NCBI GenBank assembly: GCA_040776905.1
Contig: JAXGZQ010000001.1
Span: forward strand, 1,564,400-1,628,399
Length of the DNA stretch: 64,000 bases
Direction: 5' to 3'
DNA from: Clostridia bacterium
GTDB taxonomy: Bacteria > Bacillota > Clostridia > Saccharofermentanales > UBA5734
Within the stretch, counting starts at the first letter, position 1. Each line of letters opens with the position of its first letter. The notes below the pieces were generated by a model. It had not been told where the DNA came from. It was given only the letters and a program-made list of their open reading frames with translations, and did not search any database. This document shows positions 9,578 to 18,304 of this stretch, one piece after another. The position numbers were made by a program, and so were the translations under genes.

Positions 9578-10954
9578 TCAGCCAACGGTCGGTTTCGCCC
9601 AGGGCAGGGTGGCGAGAAAGGTTTCGAGAAGTCCGCAGTCATCCAGCAGCTTAAACAGGCTGTAGCGTGAACGGTAATCCTTGCCCATACTTAGTGAGAC
9701 ACTGACTTGATCAGGTTCGATCTGCAGGTCCTGCGGCAGCCGCGGGGCCTGCAGTTTTTTCTGTACATTGATGATGGTCTCATAGGGTGGCAGATCAGCG
9801 ATGATGTCACGCAATCGGGGCCACCGTTCTCTGGCCCGGTCAATCCGCCGACGCTGTTCGTCCGGAGTGAGAAAATCATCCGGGTTTTCCGCGATGATCA
9901 TGCGTCCGGCTTCCTCGCCATAGGCCGCCATGATCTGCCAGGCTCTCTGTTCATGGCTGATCCTTTGCGCCAGGACGGCGTCCGGGTCGACGAAATTGAG
10001 TTGATTATCGGCGGCAAACAACGTATAAACCGGCCAGATCATCAAGGTTGACAAGCCGACGGCCAGCCCGTGCGGCGGTTGGCGGCGGCCGCGCGCCAGC
10101 TGCATCATATCCCAGAGATGGACGATATTATGTTCAACGGAAGCGACTGCCCGGGTATGGCCGATGATCATGATGGTCAGACCTGCCAGCAGCAGCGCTT
10201 CGGTCAGCAGACGGATACCGGCTTCGCTGCGGCTGATGATGGCATCGATATGCTCAGTGACGCGGTCGACCGCGGCAATGACCATCTCGGCACACAAAGG
10301 GCAGAATGCTTCGTCATTAATCTCCTGCCCGATGCGCCAGTCTGTGATCGCGATGTATTTGCCGAGGACATCACCAACACCTCCGGCAATCATTTCCATC
10401 GGGGCCTGGCGCAGGATATCGAGATCACAGAGAATCAGATCCGGACTGTGGGCCTGGCGGTGTATTTTGCTGCCACGCAGAAGCAGCGGCGCGACCACCG
10501 AGGTATAGCCGTCCATGGACGGGGCCGTCGCGACGGCAGCAAATGGTTTGCCGGTCCGCATCGCGGCGATTCGTGTGGTATCCGTCAGTGAACCTGATCC
10601 GACGCTGATCAGGAAATCCGTTGTGTCTGTCATGGTCAGCAGCACTTCGCCACAGGCCGTTTCATCCGGCAGCATCTCGCCGTCACGCCTGATCAGGCAG
10701 ACATCCACCTTGAAACCACGCTGGCGGAGCTGTTCACAGACTTCGCGCCCAGCCAGCGGCCAGGTCTTGTCATCCGCGACCAGCACCGCCTGTGTTCCCG
10801 GCAGATAGCGGCTGATCAGTTCACCCGCCCGGGCCAGCAGGCCACGGCCGACATGAATCGGACGGTCCGGCATCTGATGGGTCAGACCACAATCGCACGC
10901 GATCCCATCGAGCAGCAGACGCTGATTGTCATCATAGCTGAGCGTAACGGACAT
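9578..10954 (-). CDS. sn-glycerol-1-phosphate dehydrogenase-like (EgsA/AraM family)
   Basis: CDCGLTHQMPDRPIHVGRG...VGSGSLTDTTRIAAMRTGKPFAAVATAPSMDGYTSVVAPLL; matches the G1P dehydrogenase/AraM pattern. Confidence 0.75.
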   Translation of the reverse strand: MSVTLSYDDNQRLLLDGIACDCGLTHQMPDRPIHVGRGLLARAGELISRYLPGTQAVLVADDKTWPLAGREVCEQLRQRGFKVDVCLIRRDGEMLPDETACGEVLLTMTDTTDFLISVGSGSLTDTTRIAAMRTGKPFAAVATAPSMDGYTSVVAPLLLRGSKIHRQAHSPDLILCDLDILRQAPMEMIAGGVGDVLGKYIAITDWRIGQEINDEAFCPLCAEMVIAAVDRVTEHIDAIISRSEAGIRLLTEALLLAGLTIMIIGHTRAVASVEHNIVHLWDMMQLARGRRQPPHGLAVGLSTLMIWPVYTLFAADNQLNFVDPDAVLAQRISHEQRAWQIMAAYGEEAGRMIIAENPDDFLTPDEQRRRIDRARERWPRLRDIIADLPPYETIINVQKKLQAPRLPQDLQIEPDQVSVSLSMGKDYRSRYSLFKLLDDCGLLETFLATLPWAKPTVG

Positions 10955-11106
10955 AAAGCCCTCCTTCATCATGGCCCGGAAGATCCGTTGACAGGCCTTG
11001 CCTCCGGCTGTCTTCATTGTCAGAAACAGCCGACAGCGTTATTATATCATCGTCAGGCTCCGGCCGGCGGATCCCCGTTACTTGATATGATGATGACGGA
11101 GGCACC

Positions 11107-11664
11107 ATGAGAACTGTCTACTACACAGACCGGCTGATACTGCGTGTTCTCAAAGGCCGCGACGCGAAGCTGGTATGTGATTACTATCAACGCAACGAAG
11201 CTTTTCTGCGCGAATGGGAGCCACAGCGGGACGCTGATTTTTTTACCAGACGCGGACAACGGCGTGATCTCGCAGCGGAATACCGCATGATCCGGCGCGA
11301 GCAGATGCTGAAACTCTGGCTGTTCAAGCGTGAGGATCCGGAACGGGTCATTGGCATGATCTCATTCACCAATCTGCTGTACGGGGATTTCTGTTCCTGT
11401 TTTCTCGGCTATAAGCTGGACCAGGCGGAAATCAACCGCGGTTATATGACCGAAGCGCTGGAGTACGGGATTGAACTGATGTTCCGGCAGTACGGACTGC
11501 ATCGGATCGAGGCGAATATCATGCCGCATAATGTCCGTTCACTGCGTGTTGTTGAAAAACTGGGATTCAAGCAGGAAGGACTGGCCCGCCGCTACCTCAA
11601 GATCAACGGGCAGTGGCGCGACCACATTCATATGACGCTGCTCAACCAGCAGATGGAAGCGTAA
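11107..11664 (+). CDS. GNAT N-acetyltransferase (RimJ/RimL-like)
   Basis: TDRLILRVLKGRDAKLV...GYMTEALEYGIELMFRQYGLHRIEANIMPHNVRSLRVVEKLGFKQEG. Confidence 0.9.
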   Translation: MRTVYYTDRLILRVLKGRDAKLVCDYYQRNEAFLREWEPQRDADFFTRRGQRRDLAAEYRMIRREQMLKLWLFKREDPERVIGMISFTNLLYGDFCSCFLGYKLDQAEINRGYMTEALEYGIELMFRQYGLHRIEANIMPHNVRSLRVVEKLGFKQEGLARRYLKINGQWRDHIHMTLLNQQMEA

Positions 11665-12555
11665 AGCCGCGGGACGGCCGTCCGGATATTCCGCGCTCAG
11701 CCGGAACTGTTCCCCGTCACTGACAGCCTGAATGGTTCCCTGCAGATCAGTCCGCCAGATGTCAATGCCACGCTGGTTCAGCCGGTCGATCACCGTCGCG
11801 ACCGGGTGGCCGTAGCGGTTGCCTGCGGCAACGGAAATGACCGCCGTCTCCGGGCGTACCCGATCGAGCCATTCATCAGATGTTGAGGTCGCGCTGCCGT
11901 GATGGGCGACTTTTAGAAGATCGGCCCTGATCTCTGCCTGGCGCTCCATGACGCTCTCTTCAGCAGGGAATCCCGCGTCGCCGGCTGAGAGAAACGCTGT
12001 CCGGCCAAAAGTGATCCGGCTGATGACGCAGCTGTTGTTCAAATCATCGGGGTCAGTTTCTTCTGGTCCAAGGATCTCCAGACGGGCCTGGCCCAGCTGA
12101 TAGCGCAGACCAGGTCTGGCCGCGATGATGCGCAGCTGGTGTTTCCGGATGGTGAGGAGCAACTCTTCATAAAGGGCTGTCGTATGGCTGACACGGGGCA
12201 TGATAATCTGATCAACCGGAAATTCCTCCATGACCGCGGCCAGCCCGCCGATATGATCAGCATGCGGATGGGTCGCGATAATCGCGTCGAGATGATCAAT
12301 TCGCAGCTGTTTAAGGGTGCTTATAATCAGCGGGCCCTGTCCGATGTCGCCGCCGTCAATGAGCAAAGCGTGCTTCCCCTGCGTGACCAGTGTGGCATCG
12401 CCCTGGCCGACATCGATGAAGGTGACAGTCAGCGTGCCCTGAACCGAGTGGGCGTCACTGACCCGCCAGTCCGCTGAACTGCCGGAAGTGAGCAGAAACA
12501 GGCTGAACATGATCAGCAGGAGCAGTCGATGCTTTTTGCGCCGACGCTGATTCAT
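11539..12555 (-). CDS. ComEC-like metallo-beta-lactamase-fold hydrolase
   Basis: Signal/TM N-terminus, FIDVGQGDATLV, THPHADHIGGL, LLKVAHHGSATSTSDEWL. 3' end overlaps the convergent GNAT gene. Confidence 0.9.
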   Translation of the reverse strand: MNQRRRKKHRLLLLIMFSLFLLTSGSSADWRVSDAHSVQGTLTVTFIDVGQGDATLVTQGKHALLIDGGDIGQGPLIISTLKQLRIDHLDAIIATHPHADHIGGLAAVMEEFPVDQIIMPRVSHTTALYEELLLTIRKHQLRIIAARPGLRYQLGQARLEILGPEETDPDDLNNSCVISRITFGRTAFLSAGDAGFPAEESVMERQAEIRADLLKVAHHGSATSTSDEWLDRVRPETAVISVAAGNRYGHPVATVIDRLNQRGIDIWRTDLQGTIQAVSDGEQFRLSAEYPDGRPAALRFHLLVEQRHMNVVAPLPVDLEVAAGQSFLLESQFFNNTQ

Positions 12556-12785
12556 TCGAACAGCTCATCCATGAGCTGGCTGATTCGCTGTCGTGCCGAC
12601 TCGGTGCCCTGTTCATCAATCTGCCAGCATCCATTCTGATCGATCAGGAGCCAGTCGCCCGGACGGGCCTCGTCCGGCAGTTGAGACCGGAGCAGCCGCA
12701 GCATGGCGTGGTCGGGAAGCTCGATCAGAGCGAAATTACCGTCAAAGCGATCGATACAGCCCCGGATATAGCCTGAATGGTTCAT
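12552..12785 (-). CDS. DUF3006-like small protein
   Basis: YIRGCIDRFDGNFALIEL...LPDEARPGDWLLI; commonly sits beside ComEC-like MBL proteins; 4-bp overlap with the downstream start. Confidence 0.65.
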   Translation of the reverse strand: MNHSGYIRGCIDRFDGNFALIELPDHAMLRLLRSQLPDEARPGDWLLIDQNGCWQIDEQGTESARQRISQLMDELFE

Positions 12786-12862
12786 GTGTTTTCTCCTGCC
12801 TGTCATCGTCTGCGCTTATTATACCTGAACCGGACATCTGTGCCGACCAGATCGCCTGTGTC

Positions 12863-13540
12863 ATGAACGGTTATTATGATAGAATAATGACCATCAGATC
12901 GGCTTTGCCGGAGGGGGGTTGGCCTGTGCTCGTTATTGATGGCGCTGACATGAATCAGAAAATTGATCTGTTCGATGTCTCTTCCGGCAGTCTGCTGGCC
13001 AATCCCAGTGCCATGAGACTGATTTTTTCCCTTGATGGTCTGGATATTGTGGTCGCCCTGAGTGCCGTAGAACCCGTCCGCTCTGACTCTGAACCGGTCC
13101 AGTCGGACCGGGCCGATCGGAAGCGGACACTTGAAGTCTATCTGATCGGGGATTCGGACGATTTTCTGGCCAGTGAAGTACGCTGTGCCCTGGTCTGTGA
13201 TTATCGCTTTGATTCACGGGACTGTTTGAAGGAAAGCCGTCATCTGCTGGCACAGGCGGAATTCTGGAACCGGTCGACGCTGAACCGGCCGGGTCGGGTT
13301 TTACAGACGATCCGCCATATCATGAAGGCGATTCTGATGCTTTCCGAACTGAGTCTGGATCAGCAGCTGGCCAGCCATTACGAAATCGAAGTGCAGGATG
13401 ACCAGGGGTACTGGCAGGAAGAATTTGAGATCTGGGATCTGCTGGCCTGGGCTGAAAACGAGGACGCCGCCTTCGAGGCTGTCTTCGAAGATGACGACGC
13501 AGAGGCATTGGCTGTCGATGATGAGGAGGGTTTGGACTGA
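12863..13540 (+). CDS. Hypothetical protein with acidic C-terminus
   Basis: Open frame to 13540. The upstream extension to 12593 is antisense to the DUF3006-like gene, so a start near 12863 is preferred. Confidence 0.55.
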   Translation: MNGYYDRIMTIRSALPEGGWPVLVIDGADMNQKIDLFDVSSGSLLANPSAMRLIFSLDGLDIVVALSAVEPVRSDSEPVQSDRADRKRTLEVYLIGDSDDFLASEVRCALVCDYRFDSRDCLKESRHLLAQAEFWNRSTLNRPGRVLQTIRHIMKAILMLSELSLDQQLASHYEIEVQDDQGYWQEEFEIWDLLAWAENEDAAFEAVFEDDDAEALAVDDEEGLD

Positions 13541-13649
13541 TGGCCGTGCCTGCCTTGCATTTTGATTCAGACGGGAAGACAATATAGACAGGAACAAGCC
13601 GCGCCTGTGTATCAAATCAACTTCAATCAATCAAGCGGAGGGTCGTATT

Positions 13650-13982
13650 ATGGATACACAATCAGGTTCGTCAAATCAGCGGCCGCTGATGAAACTTGTT
13701 TTTTGGCTTGGACTTGCCAGTGTGATCATTGTTTTACTGGGTGTCATCGCCGGATGGTTGATTCCAGCGATTGGAATGGCTGATTTCTTGCCACTGGCGA
13801 TGTTGTCCGGGCTGGCCAGCGTCGTGATCTGGCTATCCATGCGAAGTCGCAGCCGGACCGCGAGCCCTCAGGATCAACGGATGGGGAGGGCAGGTTTTAT
13901 CCTTGGCTGTTGCGGCCTGGGAATCGCGATTCTCATACGTCTGCTGGTCTTTGTCTTTTTCCTGCCCTGGCTGAACCGATAA
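13650..13982 (+). CDS. Small multi-pass membrane protein (DUF4190-like)
   Basis: Three hydrophobic segments including MKLVFWLGLASVIIVLLGVIAGWLIPAIG; preceded by a GGAGG box. Confidence 0.6.
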   Translation: MDTQSGSSNQRPLMKLVFWLGLASVIIVLLGVIAGWLIPAIGMADFLPLAMLSGLASVVIWLSMRSRSRTASPQDQRMGRAGFILGCCGLGIAILIRLLVFVFFLPWLNR

Positions 13983-14064
13983 TTGAAATGATGACGCTCT
14001 CCAGTCGTCTTTCGTGATCGCGGAGCCGCTGGAGAACCGATGAGAAAACCAACAGGAGCTATTT

Positions 14065-14943
14065 ATGCGATTGACATTTCTCGGCACGGGTGCCGGTGAG
14101 GGATACCCCGGACGCTGGTGCGACTGCCATCACTGCCGCTATGCCCGCCAGCACGGCGGCAAGAACATCCGAATGAACAGCTGTGCCATGATCGACGACG
14201 ATCTGCTGCTTGACCTGAACGGTGAGTGTTTCGCCACCGCCGCTTGGAAGTCGATTGATCTTCTGCAGGCGCGCTATCTGCTGGTCACGCATGCGCATGA
14301 AGACCATTTCGTTCCGCAGCATCTGATCTGGCGCCGAATGCCGGAAGGCGCGGATCGTCTTACACCAGATGCCATGCGGCCGATCGCCGCCCCGCGCTTT
14401 ACCCCGCTGCCGCATCTGACGGTGATCGGCAATCACTATGTTGAGGCCGCTCTGCGGGCCAGGATCCCGGCTGATCAGGAAGCGGACGGCTATGCAATGT
14501 CCTTCCAGACAGCGCAGGCCGGTGTCCCGCTGGAATATCCCGGTCTTCGGATCATGCCGGTTCAGTCACGCCACGGGTCCAGTGACGATTTTGCTTTGAA
14601 CTATATCATCGAGCGCGGGGGAAAAACCATTCTGTATGCCCTGGATACCGGCGGCTATACGGATGCCATGATCGATATCCTGCGCCGGTTCCGTTATGAT
14701 CTGATCGTGATGGAAGGGACGCGTGGTGATGTTGACGCGGATCCGGGCGGTCATATGAACATGAAGAAAAATCTGGCGATGGCCAAGTTTTTCCGCAGCG
14801 AGCATTTGCTTGTGCCGGGGGGGCGTTTCATTCTCTCCCATCTGTCGCCGCACTGGACCCCGCCACATGACAAATATGAGCCCATGATGCGTGAACATCA
14901 GATCGATGTCGCGTATGACGGTCTGCAGATCACCGTTAACTGA
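14065..14943 (+). CDS. MBL-fold metal-dependent hydrolase, PhnP-like
   Basis: MRLTFLGTGAGEGYPGRWCDCHHC...THAHEDHF...YALDTGGYTD...HLSPH. Confidence 0.8.
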   Translation: MRLTFLGTGAGEGYPGRWCDCHHCRYARQHGGKNIRMNSCAMIDDDLLLDLNGECFATAAWKSIDLLQARYLLVTHAHEDHFVPQHLIWRRMPEGADRLTPDAMRPIAAPRFTPLPHLTVIGNHYVEAALRARIPADQEADGYAMSFQTAQAGVPLEYPGLRIMPVQSRHGSSDDFALNYIIERGGKTILYALDTGGYTDAMIDILRRFRYDLIVMEGTRGDVDADPGGHMNMKKNLAMAKFFRSEHLLVPGGRFILSHLSPHWTPPHDKYEPMMREHQIDVAYDGLQITVN

Positions 14944-14978
14944 TGGTATAAACCGCCAATAACGCAGGAGGAGTTCAG

Positions 14979-16331
14979 ATGAGCCGAACAGACAGAAAAC
15001 CCAATGTGATCGTGTTTTTCACAGATCAACAGCGCTGGGATACGACCGGTGTCCATGGCAATCCGCTCGGACTGACGCCGAATTTTGATCGCCTGGCGAC
15101 ACAGGGGACCCATCTTTTCCATTCGTTTACCTGCCAGCCGGTCTGCGGTCCGGCCCGGGCCTGTCTGCAGACCGGATTGTATCCGACTCAGATCGGCTGC
15201 TGGCGGAATGACCGTCCGCTGCCGCGTGATCAGCGGACATTGGCGCATCATTTCCGCGATGGCGGTTACAGGACAGGGTATATCGGCAAGTGGCATCTGG
15301 CTGACCGTGATCCGGTTCCGGCTGACCAGCGCGGTGGCTATGAGGACTGGCTGGGAGCCAATCTGCTGGAGATGACATCCGATGCCTATGACACCGTCGT
15401 CTATGATCAGGATGAAAACGAAGTCAAACTGCCGGGTTATCGCGCTGACGCCCTGACTGACGCGGCGATCCGCTATATCGATCAGCATCAGGCTGATCCG
15501 TTTTTTATGTTTCTGTCATTTCTTGAACCGCATCATCAAAACCATATTGATGACTATCCTGCCCCGGACGGCTATCGTGACCGCTACACCGGCCGCTGGA
15601 CCCCTCCGGATCTCGCGGCGCTGGGCGGATCGTCGCCACAGCATCTCGGCGGTTATTATGGCATGGTCAAGCGGCTGGATGAATGCCTTGGGCGGCTGCA
15701 GGACAGTTTGAAGAGCCTGGGCCTCAACGACAACACCATCATTCTCTATACCGCAGATCATGCCTGCCATTTCAAGACCCGCAATTCGGAGTATAAGCGG
15801 TCCGCTCACGAAAGCTCGATCAGGGTGCCGACGGCGCTCTGCGGTCCCGGCTTTACTGGCGGCGGACAGATCCGCCAGCTTGTCTCGCTCATTGATCTTC
15901 CGCCGACCCTGCTTGACGCGGCGGGTCTTCCCATTCCCGAGTCCATGCAGGGACATTCCATTCTTCCTCTGCTTCATGGACAGACATCGGACTGGCAGGA
16001 TGATGTGTTTGTTCAGATCAGTGAGTCGCAGGTCGGACGTGCCGTCCGGACATCCCGCTGGAAGTACGCGGTGACCGCGCCGGATCGTGACGGCTGGAAT
16101 GACGCAGATGCCGCCTGCTATACAGAGGATCTGCTCTATGATCTGATTGCAGATCCTTATGAACTGAACAATCTGATCGAACGTGAATCACATCGCGAAG
16201 TAGCGGAACGGATGCGTGAGCGCTTGCTGCGGCGGATGCGCCAGGCAGGTGAGATGGAACCTGAAATCAAAAAATCGGTTCGCGGCGGCCAGGCCGCCAA
16301 CCGGCTGACCCGGCAGGACATCAACAACTGA
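14979..16331 (+). CDS. Sulfatase (Cys-type)
   Basis: VIVFFTDQQRWDTTG; formylglycine-site motif CGPARACLQTG; YTADHACHF. Confidence 0.92.
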   Translation: MSRTDRKPNVIVFFTDQQRWDTTGVHGNPLGLTPNFDRLATQGTHLFHSFTCQPVCGPARACLQTGLYPTQIGCWRNDRPLPRDQRTLAHHFRDGGYRTGYIGKWHLADRDPVPADQRGGYEDWLGANLLEMTSDAYDTVVYDQDENEVKLPGYRADALTDAAIRYIDQHQADPFFMFLSFLEPHHQNHIDDYPAPDGYRDRYTGRWTPPDLAALGGSSPQHLGGYYGMVKRLDECLGRLQDSLKSLGLNDNTIILYTADHACHFKTRNSEYKRSAHESSIRVPTALCGPGFTGGGQIRQLVSLIDLPPTLLDAAGLPIPESMQGHSILPLLHGQTSDWQDDVFVQISESQVGRAVRTSRWKYAVTAPDRDGWNDADAACYTEDLLYDLIADPYELNNLIERESHREVAERMRERLLRRMRQAGEMEPEIKKSVRGGQAANRLTRQDINN

Positions 16332-16375
16332 AGCCGGGTGCTGCCTGCGTCCGGGAGTCAACTGAAGGAGATACG

Positions 16376-17083
16376 ATGAAAAACATGAAACCGAAAACGG
16401 TTCTGGTTACCGGAGCCGCACGTGGACTGGGCCTGGAACTGGTCCGCCATCATTTGCAGCGGGGTGACCATGTCGCGGCCTGGGTGCGTTCGTCCGGTCC
16501 GGCACTTGAAGCACTCCGTTCAGCATCGCCTCAGCTTCTTGTCATGCAGGCTGATATCAGCCGGACCGTGCAGGTTCGACAGGCCGCTGACACATTGAAG
16601 CAGCACTGGCAGCAGTTGGACATCCTCTACAACAACGCGGGAATCTATCGTGCGGCGGATCTGGCGGATCTGGCTGAAACAGATCTTGACCAGCTGAGCT
16701 CCATGTATGAGATCAACGCGGTCGGAGCCTTGCGTGTGGCCCAGCAGATGCTGCCCCTGCTGCATGACGATTCAGTCATTCTGAATGTTTCATCCGAAGC
16801 CGGCAGCCTGGGACAGTGCTGGCGCAAATCCGAATACGCCTACGCGATGTCAAAAGCGGCTTTGAATATGGGCTCGCTGATTCTCAGCCGCGCAGTCAAG
16901 GAGCAGGGGATTCGTGTATTCGTGGTCCATCCCGGCTACCTGAAAACGGAGATGGGCGGACCGGGAGCGACCGATGACACGGCTGAACGGGCGGCCTGCC
17001 TCGCGCAGATCACACTGAATCCGCAGAAGATTCCCGCTGATCGGATTTATATCGATCATCTGGGGCAGCCGCTGCCCTGGTAA
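16376..17083 (+). CDS. SDR family oxidoreductase
   Basis: VTGAARGLGLELV, YNNAGIY, YAMSKAALNMG. Confidence 0.9.
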   Translation: MKNMKPKTVLVTGAARGLGLELVRHHLQRGDHVAAWVRSSGPALEALRSASPQLLVMQADISRTVQVRQAADTLKQHWQQLDILYNNAGIYRAADLADLAETDLDQLSSMYEINAVGALRVAQQMLPLLHDDSVILNVSSEAGSLGQCWRKSEYAYAMSKAALNMGSLILSRAVKEQGIRVFVVHPGYLKTEMGGPGATDDTAERAACLAQITLNPQKIPADRIYIDHLGQPLPW

Positions 17084-17124
17084 ACGGGTCTGCCAGGAAC
17101 TGGAGCTAATAAAGAACGGGTGGA

Positions 17125-18069
17125 TCAGCTGTCCGGTGTAGCCGGATAAAGACTGTGATCAAAGGTGTAGTAGTCGAATCCGTGGCGATCCGTATAATAG
17201 GCCGCGAGATCCGCGTCGGTCCGCATGAATCCGTCAAATGGAAACTCGATATTGCGTGGTGTGGCGTCGAAATGGTACCAGCCTTCTCCCAGATTGATCA
17301 AATTCCAGTAGTGATCGGTACTGACGACCCCTTCCAGGCGCTGAATCGGCAGATTTTCGATACCCGCTTCAGTCAGGAGCAGGCGGGATGTGGCGTAATA
17401 GGTAAAGCAATCGCCATAACCGCGGACCAGTCCGTCATAGGCGGCATTGTCTTCGGATGATTTATCCGAATGTCCGATGTATTTAATTGAGTCATGGACA
17501 TAACGATAGATGGCATAGGCCCGGTCGCGAGGCGTCATCGCATCGTCAAGAATTTCATCCAGGACCTGGCGGGCTTCAGCCCGGACCAGCTCAGGATCGA
17601 CCAGAAAGGTCAGAACGGTCACCACTGCCTCGATTTCCGTGGTATTTCCGGCCTGATCAATGGCCCGGTAGATCACAGGATAGGAACCGGGTTCGTTTAT
17701 ATTGACTTGCTGCGGATCCACCGTCAGCTCAACCGCTGCATCACGATTATCTGTCGCTGTCACATGACCCAGATAGGAAATCGGCTTGCCAACTTCTGTG
17801 AGAAGATCCCGGATGCCGTGAATTTCCGGAGGGATAAGGTCAGGGGCCTGCGTTGTCGTTTCTGCCGTTTTCGTTGGATCGGGCTCTGTCGCGGTTGCTT
17901 CACCCGGTTCTGACTGGCTTGCGGCTGGCGAAGTGGTCGTCACCGTCAAAGGTTGAGTCGATTCCGTCAATTGGGTCAGGCCGCTCGTAATATAAATGAT
18001 GAACAGGATGATCAATCCAATCATCAAGAGAGACAGGATCAGCAGCACGATTTGTTTCGTGAGGGCCAT
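17125..18069 (-). CDS. Membrane-anchored protein with Ig-like (DUF5011-type) and transglutaminase-like domains
   Basis: N-terminal TM, PPEIHGIRDLLTEVGKPISYLGHVTATDN..., and Cys-His-Asp-type core GYGDCFTYYATSRLLLTEAG...DHYWNLI...WYHFDATP. Confidence 0.85.
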   Translation of the reverse strand: MALTKQIVLLILSLLMIGLIILFIIYITSGLTQLTESTQPLTVTTTSPAASQSEPGEATATEPDPTKTAETTTQAPDLIPPEIHGIRDLLTEVGKPISYLGHVTATDNRDAAVELTVDPQQVNINEPGSYPVIYRAIDQAGNTTEIEAVVTVLTFLVDPELVRAEARQVLDEILDDAMTPRDRAYAIYRYVHDSIKYIGHSDKSSEDNAAYDGLVRGYGDCFTYYATSRLLLTEAGIENLPIQRLEGVVSTDHYWNLINLGEGWYHFDATPRNIEFPFDGFMRTDADLAAYYTDRHGFDYYTFDHSLYPATPDS

Positions 18070-18304
18070 ATGGGTCAGTTCCTCCGCCAAGGTGTCAGCA
18101 TGCGGTCAGTCTTTTTGTGAGAAATATCATATCACAGTGTTCAGACTTCTGTCTGCCTGGGGACGAAACCGGATGCTCCGGTCAATATTTGTCATTTAAC
18201 TTTGAATCCGCTATGCTATACCTGATTTGATTTTTTCAGACTGCCGCCGCGGTTTGAACCGATCTTCATTAACAATCGCAACGCTTGAATGACTGAGGTC
18301 CGAG

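Noticed and set aside
12593-12862. N-terminal 90 aa of the 315-aa ORF 12593-13540
   Set aside because: Lies antisense to the DUF3006-like gene. A later Met (12863) gives a more plausible gene.
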